DNA from: Candidatus Woesebacteria bacterium GW2011_GWA1_39_21
Lineage (GTDB): Bacteria; Patescibacteriota; Microgenomatia; UBA8517
Length of the DNA stretch: 64,000 nt
Direction of reading: 5' to 3'
NCBI GenBank assembly: GCA_000993685.1
Contig: LBWP01000006.1
Coordinates: 5,356-69,355 of the forward strand
In this document: positions 9,672 through 19,147 of the stretch, piece after piece
Layout of the letters: every line of letters begins with the position of its first letter
Position numbering within the stretch: the stretch's first letter is position 1
Program-made: the position numbers and the translations under genes
Notes under the pieces: model-generated
What the model was told of the DNA's origin: nothing
What the model saw: only the letters and a program-made list of their open reading frames with translations
Databases searched by the model: none

Positions 9672-11222
9672 TCAATTATATAACCTTACTTCGTAATCTT
9701 CCCCCAACGATTGGCAACTTCCAATTTTTGTGAAGTCGTTGCTTTGGAGATAGCGCTCTATCTGACCACAGGATTTCATCTCTCGTGTTTTTTTGTTTTC
9801 GGGTTCCTGTGGTTTTTTTGCAAGAACCGCGAGCATGGGTTTTTGCGAAACTTGAAGCTCACCTGCAATAATTTTGCCGTATTTACAGCTATTGTGGATT
9901 CCCGGTTCTTCTGTAATAAATGAGCTGGCAGGTTTTAAATCGCTTCTCACTAAATATAACGAAGCGTTATTCCAAAGAAATTTATCGTACGAAAGACGCC
10001 CAACAAAGATTGACTTTCCTGGGACATTGTTCGTTAACCGGCGGCAATCCGATGTTTGCAGATCAATTTGATAACGCGCAAAATTATATCGAGGTACAAG
10101 TATGTATGATACTTTAACATACCAAGCCGCTAACGGTAAAAATGTCAAAAGTATAATGAAAAGCTTCGTTTGACTGAATAAATTTAGTGATTTGTTGAGA
10201 AGCACCCAGATGATACTGACAGCAAACCATAAAGGAACTGCGTGGAGCCAGTCGGATCGACCGATAGCGTAGAGCACAAACACGAGAGGATAGGATAAAA
10301 GGATTACACTACTAAGAAGTTTAGAAAGATGCTGGTTACCAAGCGAAGAAATTGCTATTTTTTTTGAACTTCTGATCAGAAGATATACGTAGATTACGAT
10401 GCAAAGGTAAATAAGTATTTCCGGACGTAACGGGTGTTTTGGAATGGGAAGCGGTAAATCTCTGTAGCTGGTGGTTAAAAATACTGGTATAACAAAGATA
10501 AAATCAATCGCGCTTTTCAAAACATTAAGCTTTTGTAAATAGAATAGCAATAAAGATAAAGATAAAAGATACGCTAAAAGTGAAAGGCGGATGTACCGGA
10601 AAAGTGTAACTAAAACAAAAGCATTTTTTTTCGTTGTGAGTCGGAAAGAGATGAAGATCAAAAAGTAAAGTCCGTGAAGAAATAACATCCAATCCCAGCG
10701 AAACCAAACGCTGGCAAATGTAACGGCGAAAGCAAAGAAGAGTGGTTTGATACTTTGCCGTTTAATGTAGTTTAAAAGCAAAAGAACATTTAATAATAAA
10801 AGCAGTAAAGAGAATGCTTCACTGCTTTCAAAAATTCTGATAACGGCTGATATAAACAAGATAACGATAGCAAGTTGGCAGTACAATCCAACTGTTTTTC
10901 GATTGCGAAAACCTAACATTAGCAGAATTGAAGTTGTCAGCAAAATGTAAAAAAGTGATTGAATAATGTTGTTTTGAATAATTGAAAGATATGGAAAGAT
11001 TTTTCCAAAGACAAGAAAAATACCTGGAGGATAGACAACTGAAAAGTCTCGATACGGAGTTAGTCCTCGTACGATATATATCTTAGAAAGAATTCGCAGA
11101 CTGCCATCAAAAATATCAACTTCGTAGCTGCCGATAATAAAAAGAAAGATTGTATATAGATAGAAGAAAAACGAAAGTAAGAAGAAATATTTTGCAATCT
11201 TGTTAATTGTTTTTTTATCCAT
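9672..11222 (-). CDS. polytopic integral membrane protein, possible additional GT-C type glycosyltransferase
   Basis: 516 aa with many TM helices. N-terminal loop YRDFSVVYPPGIFLVFG weakly resembles the GT-C loop motif. No firm assignment. Confidence 0.35.
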   Translation of the reverse strand: MDKKTINKIAKYFFLLSFFFYLYTIFLFIIGSYEVDIFDGSLRILSKIYIVRGLTPYRDFSVVYPPGIFLVFGKIFPYLSIIQNNIIQSLFYILLTTSILLMLGFRNRKTVGLYCQLAIVILFISAVIRIFESSEAFSLLLLLLNVLLLLNYIKRQSIKPLFFAFAVTFASVWFRWDWMLFLHGLYFLIFISFRLTTKKNAFVLVTLFRYIRLSLLAYLLSLSLLLFYLQKLNVLKSAIDFIFVIPVFLTTSYRDLPLPIPKHPLRPEILIYLCIVIYVYLLIRSSKKIAISSLGNQHLSKLLSSVILLSYPLVFVLYAIGRSDWLHAVPLWFAVSIIWVLLNKSLNLFSQTKLFIILLTFLPLAAWYVKVSYILVPRYNFARYQIDLQTSDCRRLTNNVPGKSIFVGRLSYDKFLWNNASLYLVRSDLKPASSFITEEPGIHNSCKYGKIIAGELQVSQKPMLAVLAKKPQEPENKKTREMKSCGQIERYLQSNDFTKIGSCQSLGEDYEVRLYN

Positions 11223-11280
11223 ACAAACCTACTTTTGGTAATGATATCATGGCCGCATAGAGTGAGTTACAATATAGCAA

Positions 11281-12495
11281 ATGGGATATTACCGAAAAAC
11301 ACTTCACGGCTTAAAGTATCAGACACTAATGCGCGCTTCAATTAGAATTATTGGTTTTATCAAAGTCGCGTTAATAGCACGGATTTTAGGGCCCGTCGAG
11401 TTTGGAATCTTTGGGATAGCAACTCTCTTGATGGGACTATTGGATACTTTCACTGACACGGGGATTAATGTTTTTCTAATTCAGGAGAAGAACAGTTTGA
11501 AAAAATTTCTTGATTCTGCGTTTTTTGTCTCGCTAACGCGGGCAGTTCTAATTGCACTAGTAATTGTTCTTCTTAACCCTTTTGTTAAGCAGTTTTTTAA
11601 CATCAGAAGTACAACACAAACTCTGCTTTTAGTTGCATTGGTCTCACTTTTGCGTGGTCTGATCAATCCTGCGATGGTGCAGTTTGAAAAGAAATTTCAG
11701 TTCGATAAACAGATGACTATCAGAGTGTTTCTATATCTACTTGACGCGATTTTTTCTATTTACTTTTGCTATAAATTCAGGGTTTCTGAAGCGATATTTA
11801 TGGGAATGATCGTTGGTGTCTTTATTGAGATTTTAATTTCCTGGTTTTTTATAAAGCCACGCGCGAAGCTCAAGTTGAATATTTCTCAATTGAAGTATGT
11901 TTTTACGAGAGGAAAGTGGATCACGCTAACGGGTATTTTTAACTATCTTTTCCATAATCTTGATGATATTTTTGTCGGCAGGATTTTAGGAGTTTCAAGT
12001 TTGGGTATATATCAACTTTCGTATAAACTTTCAACGGTTCCGATATACGAGACGGGGGAGATTTTCGGTAGAGTAACGCTTCCCGTGTATTCAAAAATAT
12101 CGCACAGTAAAGAGAGGTTAAAGAAAGCGTTTACAAAAGTAACGTTCGTAATATCACTTTTAGTTATTCCCCTGGGAATACTTTTAATCATCTTCGCCAA
12201 AAATATTGTCATGATTTTCGGCAACCAATGGCTTGAGGCAGTTCCAGTTGTCAGGTGGTTGGCGTTTTTTGGAATATTGAGAGCAATAACGGGTTCCGTT
12301 ACACCGCTTTTTTACGGCATCAAAAAACAGGAATATGCCATGAATTTCATTTTAGTTGGATTAATTGTACTGATTATTACGATATATCCTTTGGTTAAAA
12401 TCTACGGTATTATCGGGGCATGTATTTCTACAATAATTGCAACAATATCCACTATTCCGATAATCATTTTTTATTTAAAAAAGGAGTTTAAATGA
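11281..12495 (+). CDS. Wzx-like polysaccharide flippase (MOP/polysaccharide biosynthesis protein family)
   Basis: N-terminus RIIGFIKVALIARILGPVEFGIFGIATLL is typical of Polysacc_synt flippases; about 12 TM helices. Confidence 0.6.
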   Translation: MGYYRKTLHGLKYQTLMRASIRIIGFIKVALIARILGPVEFGIFGIATLLMGLLDTFTDTGINVFLIQEKNSLKKFLDSAFFVSLTRAVLIALVIVLLNPFVKQFFNIRSTTQTLLLVALVSLLRGLINPAMVQFEKKFQFDKQMTIRVFLYLLDAIFSIYFCYKFRVSEAIFMGMIVGVFIEILISWFFIKPRAKLKLNISQLKYVFTRGKWITLTGIFNYLFHNLDDIFVGRILGVSSLGIYQLSYKLSTVPIYETGEIFGRVTLPVYSKISHSKERLKKAFTKVTFVISLLVIPLGILLIIFAKNIVMIFGNQWLEAVPVVRWLAFFGILRAITGSVTPLFYGIKKQEYAMNFILVGLIVLIITIYPLVKIYGIIGACISTIIATISTIPIIIFYLKKEFK

Positions 12496-13292
12496 AAGAC
12501 GAGTTAAAAGAAGAAACACTAAAAAAACTGCTTCAGAAATTTTGGTATATCCCCTCTGACGTTGTACTTCGAACATATGAGGCGCTTCTTTGGAATAAGA
12601 TTAAATTTATCCACCCAAACCTCGATGTTGGCTGCGGAGATGGTGAGGTGGACGACTTTCTATTTAAGGGCAAGTATTTTGACTGTGCAATTGACGTTAT
12701 TGAGAGCGATATCCCCAAAGCTCGAAAATTATCAATTTATAAAAAGGTTATTAAGGCCGACGCAAGAGCTCTGCCTTTTAAAAACAATTCTTTTTCACAA
12801 GTGATTTCAAATAGCAGCTTTGAACATATTCAAAATGACGCTAAGGCGATTTCGGAAATTTCTCGTGTATTGAAAAAAGGAGGATTTTTTTGTTTTACAA
12901 CTACAAACAATTTTTTAAAAAAGGAGTTAAAGAAAATTACAGCATCCGACGAAAGGTTTATCAGCTACAACGAAAGAGTGAAACACTTTCATTACAGAAG
13001 TTTACAATCGTGGAAAAAAATTCTTTTTAAAAATGGTCTAAAGATTCGAAAGCATTACTTGTACATGGACGAAGACACAGTGAAAGTTTGGTTTTTATTG
13101 TTTCGCATGTTCACTTTTAAAATAAAGAAAAGAGAGCTATGGTCGTATTTAAGTAGTTCCAAAATCACAAAATTCATTCCTTCGTCGATAGTGGCTAAAG
13201 TGGAGCTTTTTGTACTAAAAAAAGTAGTCAGATTTGAATTTAGCCAAACGCAAGGACATTGGCTTTATATTGAAGCTGTTAAAACTATATGA
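12492..13292 (+). CDS. class I SAM-dependent methyltransferase (Methyltransf_11-like)
   Basis: LDVGCGDGE motif I; ARALPFKNNSFSQVISNSSFEHI motif II/III region. Confidence 0.65.
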   Translation: MKDELKEETLKKLLQKFWYIPSDVVLRTYEALLWNKIKFIHPNLDVGCGDGEVDDFLFKGKYFDCAIDVIESDIPKARKLSIYKKVIKADARALPFKNNSFSQVISNSSFEHIQNDAKAISEISRVLKKGGFFCFTTTNNFLKKELKKITASDERFISYNERVKHFHYRSLQSWKKILFKNGLKIRKHYLYMDEDTVKVWFLLFRMFTFKIKKRELWSYLSSSKITKFIPSSIVAKVELFVLKKVVRFEFSQTQGHWLYIEAVKTI

Positions 13293-14407
13293 AGATTGCA
13301 GTATTTCATAATTTACCTGTCGGAGGTGCCAAGAGAACGCTCTTTGAGCAGTTAAGTTATCTAATAAAAAGGCACGACGTTGACCTTTACGAATACAACT
13401 CGACAGATGAGACTTTATGGAATCTTAAAGATTTAGTAGCCAACGTTTTTTCTTACACGTTTGAAATCAAGCTAAATAAAAGCGGCATTATTAATAGACT
13501 TATCGCTGACCATAAAAATTTTTTCTTTCTAAATTCTCTCAACAGAAAAATCGCTTCGGACATCGATCATAAAAAATACGATTTAGTTCTTGTGCATGCC
13601 GATCGCTATACGCAGGCTCCTTTTATCTTAAGACATTTGAAAACTCCATCATTATATTTTTGCCAGGAGTATTTGAGGTTGGCTTACGAAAAAGAGGTGT
13701 CCTTTGGAGAAAAATTGACCGGCTTAAATTATCTTTATGAAAAAATCACCAGGTTAATTAGAAAAAATATTGATAAAGAAAATATTGAGTCTGCTGACTT
13801 TGTCGTTTGTAACTCCAACTTTACGAAAAAAAATGGTAACCGCGTTTATCGGCTGAAAAAAACTGCAGTCGATCATTTGGGTGTGGATGTTAAAAAATTT
13901 CATAAGTATGTCGTAAAAAGAAAGAATTATTTATTATTTATCGGCGAAAAAAACTTCGTTAACGGTTATCAACTTATAAAATCGATATCGTCAAAGACCA
14001 AGTGTGAGATTAAGATCTATGGTTATCATCAAGGAGCGCTTAGGGAGACGGATGATCTGAAGTTGGCAAAGATTTATTCCGAGGCGTTTTTAACGCTTTG
14101 TGTATCATATAAAGAACCCTTTGGGTTGGCAGCTTTGGAGTCGATGGCGTGTGCAACGCCGGTTCTTGCAGTCGATGAGGGTGGATATCGTGAGACGCTG
14201 GTCAATGAAGTCAGCGGGTATTTGCTCAAACGCGATGCGGATTTATTTGCAAAAAAAATTAAGGAGCTTCAAAATAACCGGAAACTGTACGAAAAAATGT
14301 CGTCGGCAGCTGTCAAATTGGTTAAAGCTAAATGGACTTGGCAGGTGCATGGGAAAAAATTAGAAGAGTACATGAACAAACTTATATCAACAAACAAGCA
14401 TGAGTAA
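13289..14407 (+). CDS. GT4 (GT1 superfamily) glycosyltransferase
   Basis: EX7E region EPFGLAALESMACATPVLAVDEGGYRETL. Confidence 0.75.
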   Translation: MKIAVFHNLPVGGAKRTLFEQLSYLIKRHDVDLYEYNSTDETLWNLKDLVANVFSYTFEIKLNKSGIINRLIADHKNFFFLNSLNRKIASDIDHKKYDLVLVHADRYTQAPFILRHLKTPSLYFCQEYLRLAYEKEVSFGEKLTGLNYLYEKITRLIRKNIDKENIESADFVVCNSNFTKKNGNRVYRLKKTAVDHLGVDVKKFHKYVVKRKNYLLFIGEKNFVNGYQLIKSISSKTKCEIKIYGYHQGALRETDDLKLAKIYSEAFLTLCVSYKEPFGLAALESMACATPVLAVDEGGYRETLVNEVSGYLLKRDADLFAKKIKELQNNRKLYEKMSSAAVKLVKAKWTWQVHGKKLEEYMNKLISTNKHE

Positions 14408-14789
14408 AGTTAGCTCAAGAAAAAAAATATTTTGGTTACTTTTTGGAATTTGGGTGTTTGTATTTTTAGTTGTTGACGCCTTTCGGGTTTTTAAAAAGAC
14501 TGTTTCAAAAATATACGAGGGAAATATACAAAAAGTCCAAAGTATGAGTGTGGATGAATTGTCAGCTTTGGCAAAAAGCAGAATTAAAAAGGGAAACTCT
14601 GTAGTTTTTCTTTCCGACGACGGCCTGGCGTACATGTATTTCAATCTGCTTTCCTATCCTCTGGTTGCGAAGTGGAGCACTGATTACACAGCCGTTGAAT
14701 TAAGGGATTGGGATTATCTTGTCGTTTATGACACGGTTAATATGTTTCAACTAAGAAGCGGACTATACTCGAAAAATGATTTTAATTAA
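14400..14789 (+). CDS. hypothetical membrane-anchored protein
   Basis: N-terminal TM helix; tightly packed in the operon; no motif. Confidence 0.3.
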   Translation: MSKVSSRKKIFWLLFGIWVFVFLVVDAFRVFKKTVSKIYEGNIQKVQSMSVDELSALAKSRIKKGNSVVFLSDDGLAYMYFNLLSYPLVAKWSTDYTAVELRDWDYLVVYDTVNMFQLRSGLYSKNDFN

Positions 14790-16122
14790 ATTTGTCATTG
14801 CCATAATTTTTACCTTCTTTGCCGGTGCTTGCGTATTCAGGTTATTTATGAAGGACAAAAGTGTTTCCGGACTTTTGTTTATCGCCACTTCTTTTTTCAT
14901 CGGCATGTCGGCAATTTCATTTCAGATGCAGCTTTATTCGCTTGTTGGGATACAATTTAGCGCTTTAAAATTGGGTCTACCATGGCTTATATTTCTACCA
15001 CTTTTCTTGAAAGAGAAGTATCTTTTTAAAGTTAAAATCAACTTGCGCAAAGTAGATAGTCCGCTTCTTTTGTTTTTTCTTTTGATAACTGTCTTTCAAC
15101 TCTCGCTGATTTTTTTGCGATTTTTTTTGCACAGAAATGCAATCGGATGGGACGGAATAAGCATTTGGTATTACAAAGCAAACGCTTTTTTTGTTGATAA
15201 AACAATTGATTTTAGCATTTTTACGAACCCGCTATTGGGCCAAGAAGGTTTAACCGATACATATATCCGTTCAAGTTACCCGCTTTTTCTGCCGTTATAT
15301 TTGGCGTTTATCTTTTTGACGATCGGAAAGTTCAGCATTTTTTTCGGAAACATAATTTGGATATTATGCTATCTCTTACTTTTAGTTGTCCTTTACAAAT
15401 TTTTGCTGCGCCGTTTTAATTTTTCTTTTGCTGTTCTTGGAATTTTTTTGTTAGTTTCGCTTCCCGCCAATTTTGATCATTTGGCGGGAAAATACGCCGG
15501 CTACGCCGATTTAATTCTAATGTGTTTTGCAACGACGGGTGTTATTTTTTTTCTGGAAGGGATTTTTCGTAAAAAACTGTATTATCTTTCAATCAGCCTA
15601 CTTTTGGCTTCTGCCGCTGCAAATATTAAGGAGGACGGAATGGTATTTTTGGCAGCGATAGCGATAATGTTTACCCTAACCTCTTTTGCAAAAAGAAAGT
15701 TTACAAACTTAAAATATTTAGCAGTTCCGCTTTTGATTGTTTCCCCCTGGTATGTTATTCGGGACATCTTGCGTTTCCCTTCTCTTCTCGACGCATCGAG
15801 CGGGGTGCATTTTGACAGGTTGGCGACAATTGTTGTTGTAATATTTCAACAATTTTTTGATGTTGGAAATTTTCTTTTTTTGTTCCCCCTGTTTCTGCTT
15901 ACGCTTGTCTTTTCCTACAGGGTTATTTTTAAACAATATTATGTCTATCTACTTGTTGTGATTGGCATGGTAATTGCTTGCTACGTTATAATCTTTATGT
16001 TAACACCGCTTGATCCGGTAAGGCACATCAACTCGCTTGCCGATCGGATTTTGTATACCGTTTCTCCTTTGATGATCATCTTTATCTTGCAAACCTTTTG
16101 GAATAGCTATATAGAAAAATAA
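14776..16122 (+). CDS. polytopic integral membrane protein of unknown function (glycan polymerase/transferase candidate)
   Basis: 448 aa, >10 predicted TM helices, embedded in the glycosylation operon. Confidence 0.4.
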   Translation: MILIKFVIAIIFTFFAGACVFRLFMKDKSVSGLLFIATSFFIGMSAISFQMQLYSLVGIQFSALKLGLPWLIFLPLFLKEKYLFKVKINLRKVDSPLLLFFLLITVFQLSLIFLRFFLHRNAIGWDGISIWYYKANAFFVDKTIDFSIFTNPLLGQEGLTDTYIRSSYPLFLPLYLAFIFLTIGKFSIFFGNIIWILCYLLLLVVLYKFLLRRFNFSFAVLGIFLLVSLPANFDHLAGKYAGYADLILMCFATTGVIFFLEGIFRKKLYYLSISLLLASAAANIKEDGMVFLAAIAIMFTLTSFAKRKFTNLKYLAVPLLIVSPWYVIRDILRFPSLLDASSGVHFDRLATIVVVIFQQFFDVGNFLFLFPLFLLTLVFSYRVIFKQYYVYLLVVIGMVIACYVIIFMLTPLDPVRHINSLADRILYTVSPLMIIFILQTFWNSYIEK

Positions 16123-16126
16123 CGAT

Positions 16127-18370
16127 ATGAAAAAACCTGATCTCTCGATAATATATGTTAACTACAATAGTCTGACCGATCTTTCACAATCAATTAGGTC
16201 ATTAATAAAATACGGATTTAAAAAGAATTTGGAAATTATCGTCGTTGATAATGGTCACTCTAAAGAAATCAAAAAAATTCTTTCGCAATTCCACACTAAG
16301 GTAAAGTTAATTAGAAGCAAAATTAATGGCGGCTATGGGGCCGGAAATAATCTAGGTGCGCTCATCTCAGTTGGAAAATACTTGCTATTTCTTAATCCCG
16401 ACACCGAAATGAAAAAGGGGAGTATTGACGTGCTTTATAACTTTTTAGAAAAAAACGACGACGTTGCAATTGTTGCACCAAACCTTGTTGATACAAGGGG
16501 AATTGTCTTTAAACAACTTGGCTCACGAAAGTTGACACCACTAAGAGGAATATTTTCATTATCGATTATCAACAGACTCTTTTCCGGTAACCCAATTGCG
16601 AAAAATTACAACCTCCTGGACAAAGATTTTAACAAAGTCCGTGAAGCAGACGTTGTCCCCGGTTCCGCGTTTATGATAAGAGCCTCGGTCTTTAAAAAAG
16701 TCGGCGGCTTTGATAAGCGGTTTTTTATGTACTTTGAGGAGTCGGATCTTTGTCTTCGCGTCAAACAGTTGGGGTACAAAATTGTTATCATACCGACTTC
16801 CGAAATTGTCCACAAGTGGAGTGACAGACAAAATAAAAAATTAAAAAAATATTTTTACAAAAGCCGTTTTTATTATTTTAAGAAACACTTCGGAGTGGTT
16901 GCCGCTTCGTTTGTCGAATTCATCTGCCGCTTAACCAAATATGATTTGGTATTCATCTTAATTTTCGCACTGGGCGCGTATCTGAGGTTTTATATGTCTA
17001 ACAAACTTTTTTATCTTGATTCGGAGGTTGCCGATAATTTGCTAGACATAAAAAACGCCTATTTAAGTAATAGCATCCCATTAATCGGTCCGCCAACTTC
17101 TCATCCTTGGTTGAACTTTGGTCCACTTTTCTATTGGATATATGGCCCTATTTTGATTTTTTTTAAGTTTAATCCGGCAACCCACATGTACTTTGGGCTG
17201 CTTGTTAGCTGTCTTGCAATTTTCTTGAACTACTTTGTTGTAAAACGCTTTTGGGGTTCTAAAATCGCAGTTTTGTCATCGCTGATTATTTCACTATCAC
17301 CGTTTTTATTGGGGTATGCATACCTTGGTAGATTTTATACATACACAGTAACTTTTTCATATCTAACACTATTTCTGCTTTTAAAGTTTTTAGATACGAA
17401 AAAAGGTCTTTTCTGGCTTTTTTTCAGTGTTGGATTGCTTTTGAACTTTCATTATTCGACACTTGTTTTGGCTCCAGCGATTCTTTTGCTTATTACTCTG
17501 CGTAAGATTAAGCTCTCGTTTAAGGATTTATTTATCTTACTCATTGCTGTCTTGTTGCCGCTCTCCCCACTTTTTATATATGATGCTCAAAATCATTTTG
17601 TCATGTTACAAAAATTGTTTTTATGGTTTCCATATCGGGTTTTGAGTGTTTTTTGGGTAATTAATGCGGGAAATGTTCCACAAGACGCGTTAGTTTCCGG
17701 ATACCAAATGTTTTTCGGATTTGTCGGAAATCTTTTGTCTTTTGAAGACGTTAAAACACTCCACATTTTGGCAGCATTGACTGTCTTTACGCTGTTACTT
17801 TTTACACTGATTAAATTCACGAAACTGGGAAAATATTCGCAAAACCTTATAATTATCTCCGGAAGTTCTTTGTTCTTACTGACTTTACACGGCGAGACAC
17901 CTAATCATTACTTTCTCTTTATCTCTCCATTTATTTTAATTTTGATAACGGTTGCACTAGTTAGACTTTTTCCGCGGAGAATATCGCTCTTTCTTCTACT
18001 TTTGATTTGTTCAGTGTTATTTTTTAACATCGTACTTTATCTCAAATTGAGGCAGAACAAAGTGATAACGACCTATTTTCAACAAAAACAAGTAGCAACG
18101 TTTTTGGTTAATGACAGTAACTCAAAAGCAATCTGGCTAAGAAGAATCGGTGAAAACGACCAGTTTGATGGAGATTTCGCGCAAAATTATGATTATCTTT
18201 TGTGGATGTTTGGAAACGAACCGGTAAGGTTGGGTAATCTGACCAATAGTCAAAAAAATCCACAAGTTGAATATATAATAGTGGAAGATAAGTCGTTTGA
18301 AGACAAAGCCTTTGTATCGATGCAAAAGTATTCAGTGTCAGGTGTAACAATTTTAAAAAAGAATTTATGA
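16127..18370 (+). CDS. fusion protein: N-terminal GT2 glycosyltransferase domain plus C-terminal ArnT/PMT-like GT-C membrane domain
   Basis: N-terminus LSIIYVNYNS...IIVVDNGHSKE...NPDTE (GT2 DXD). C-terminal polytopic domain has LDSEVADNLLDIKNAY...GPPTSHPWLNFGPLFYW, the ArnT/PMT loop-1 pattern. Confidence 0.65.
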   Translation: MKKPDLSIIYVNYNSLTDLSQSIRSLIKYGFKKNLEIIVVDNGHSKEIKKILSQFHTKVKLIRSKINGGYGAGNNLGALISVGKYLLFLNPDTEMKKGSIDVLYNFLEKNDDVAIVAPNLVDTRGIVFKQLGSRKLTPLRGIFSLSIINRLFSGNPIAKNYNLLDKDFNKVREADVVPGSAFMIRASVFKKVGGFDKRFFMYFEESDLCLRVKQLGYKIVIIPTSEIVHKWSDRQNKKLKKYFYKSRFYYFKKHFGVVAASFVEFICRLTKYDLVFILIFALGAYLRFYMSNKLFYLDSEVADNLLDIKNAYLSNSIPLIGPPTSHPWLNFGPLFYWIYGPILIFFKFNPATHMYFGLLVSCLAIFLNYFVVKRFWGSKIAVLSSLIISLSPFLLGYAYLGRFYTYTVTFSYLTLFLLLKFLDTKKGLFWLFFSVGLLLNFHYSTLVLAPAILLLITLRKIKLSFKDLFILLIAVLLPLSPLFIYDAQNHFVMLQKLFLWFPYRVLSVFWVINAGNVPQDALVSGYQMFFGFVGNLLSFEDVKTLHILAALTVFTLLLFTLIKFTKLGKYSQNLIIISGSSLFLLTLHGETPNHYFLFISPFILILITVALVRLFPRRISLFLLLLICSVLFFNIVLYLKLRQNKVITTYFQQKQVATFLVNDSNSKAIWLRRIGENDQFDGDFAQNYDYLLWMFGNEPVRLGNLTNSQKNPQVEYIIVEDKSFEDKAFVSMQKYSVSGVTILKKNL

Positions 18371-19143
18371 GCAAAATCAGTGTCGTAATTTTAACCCACA
18401 ATTCGGGGAGTGTGATTGGACCGCTCTACCAATCGCTTAAAGAGTTTGATGAGGTCCTTGCTATTGATGATAACTCCTGCGATCAGACAGAAAATATTTG
18501 TAAGCGTTTAGGTATCAGATATTTCAATCACACCCTCAACGGCGACTTTTCCGCACAAAGAAATTTCGCTCTAACAAAATGTAGCTACGACTGGGTGTTT
18601 TACATTGATAGTGACGAGACGGTTAATGAGAATTTTGTGGACGAGATTAAAAGGTTAGCCGGTAACAACAATTTTGCAGGCTATTATGTTACGCGAAAAG
18701 TTAATTTTTTAAATCATGTCATGATTGCTACGGAAATGGGAAATGACAAGTTGGTTCGCGTTGGTTTAAAAAATTCTGGTAAGTGGGTTCGGCGCGTGCA
18801 TGAAGTTTGGAAGATTAACGGAAATCTGGGTGAAATTAACACGCCGCTTATTCATAATACTGCACTTACGCTTCACAAATTTATCGAAAAGCTAAACTGT
18901 TATTTCAGGCTTCATGCACAAGAAAATCTAAACGCAGGGAAAAGTGTCAGCTTTTCTAAAATATTATTTTTTTCGCTTGGAAAATTTTTTAAAAATTATA
19001 TATTTCTTCGTGGATATCGTGATGGTACGCATGGCTTCGTCGCAAGTGTTCTCATGTCGCTTCATACATTTCTTTCCTGGTCGTACGCTTGGCTTCAAGG
19101 AAATATTCAGAAAGGTAACAGGGGTGATAAACTTTCAGTGTAG
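18367..19143 (+). CDS. family 2 glycosyltransferase
   Basis: ISVVILTHNSG...LAIDDNSCDQT...YIDSDE. Confidence 0.7.
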   Translation: MSKISVVILTHNSGSVIGPLYQSLKEFDEVLAIDDNSCDQTENICKRLGIRYFNHTLNGDFSAQRNFALTKCSYDWVFYIDSDETVNENFVDEIKRLAGNNNFAGYYVTRKVNFLNHVMIATEMGNDKLVRVGLKNSGKWVRRVHEVWKINGNLGEINTPLIHNTALTLHKFIEKLNCYFRLHAQENLNAGKSVSFSKILFFSLGKFFKNYIFLRGYRDGTHGFVASVLMSLHTFLSWSYAWLQGNIQKGNRGDKLSV

Positions 19144-19147
19144 TAGT

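Noticed and set aside
18944-19147. Upstream extension of the ArnT-like gene (track start 18944), which overlaps the preceding GT2 gene by 200 nt.
   Set aside because: An in-frame ATG at 19148 sits immediately after the upstream gene's stop. Operon packing elsewhere in the window is tight, with overlaps of only a few nucleotides, so I chose the shorter form.
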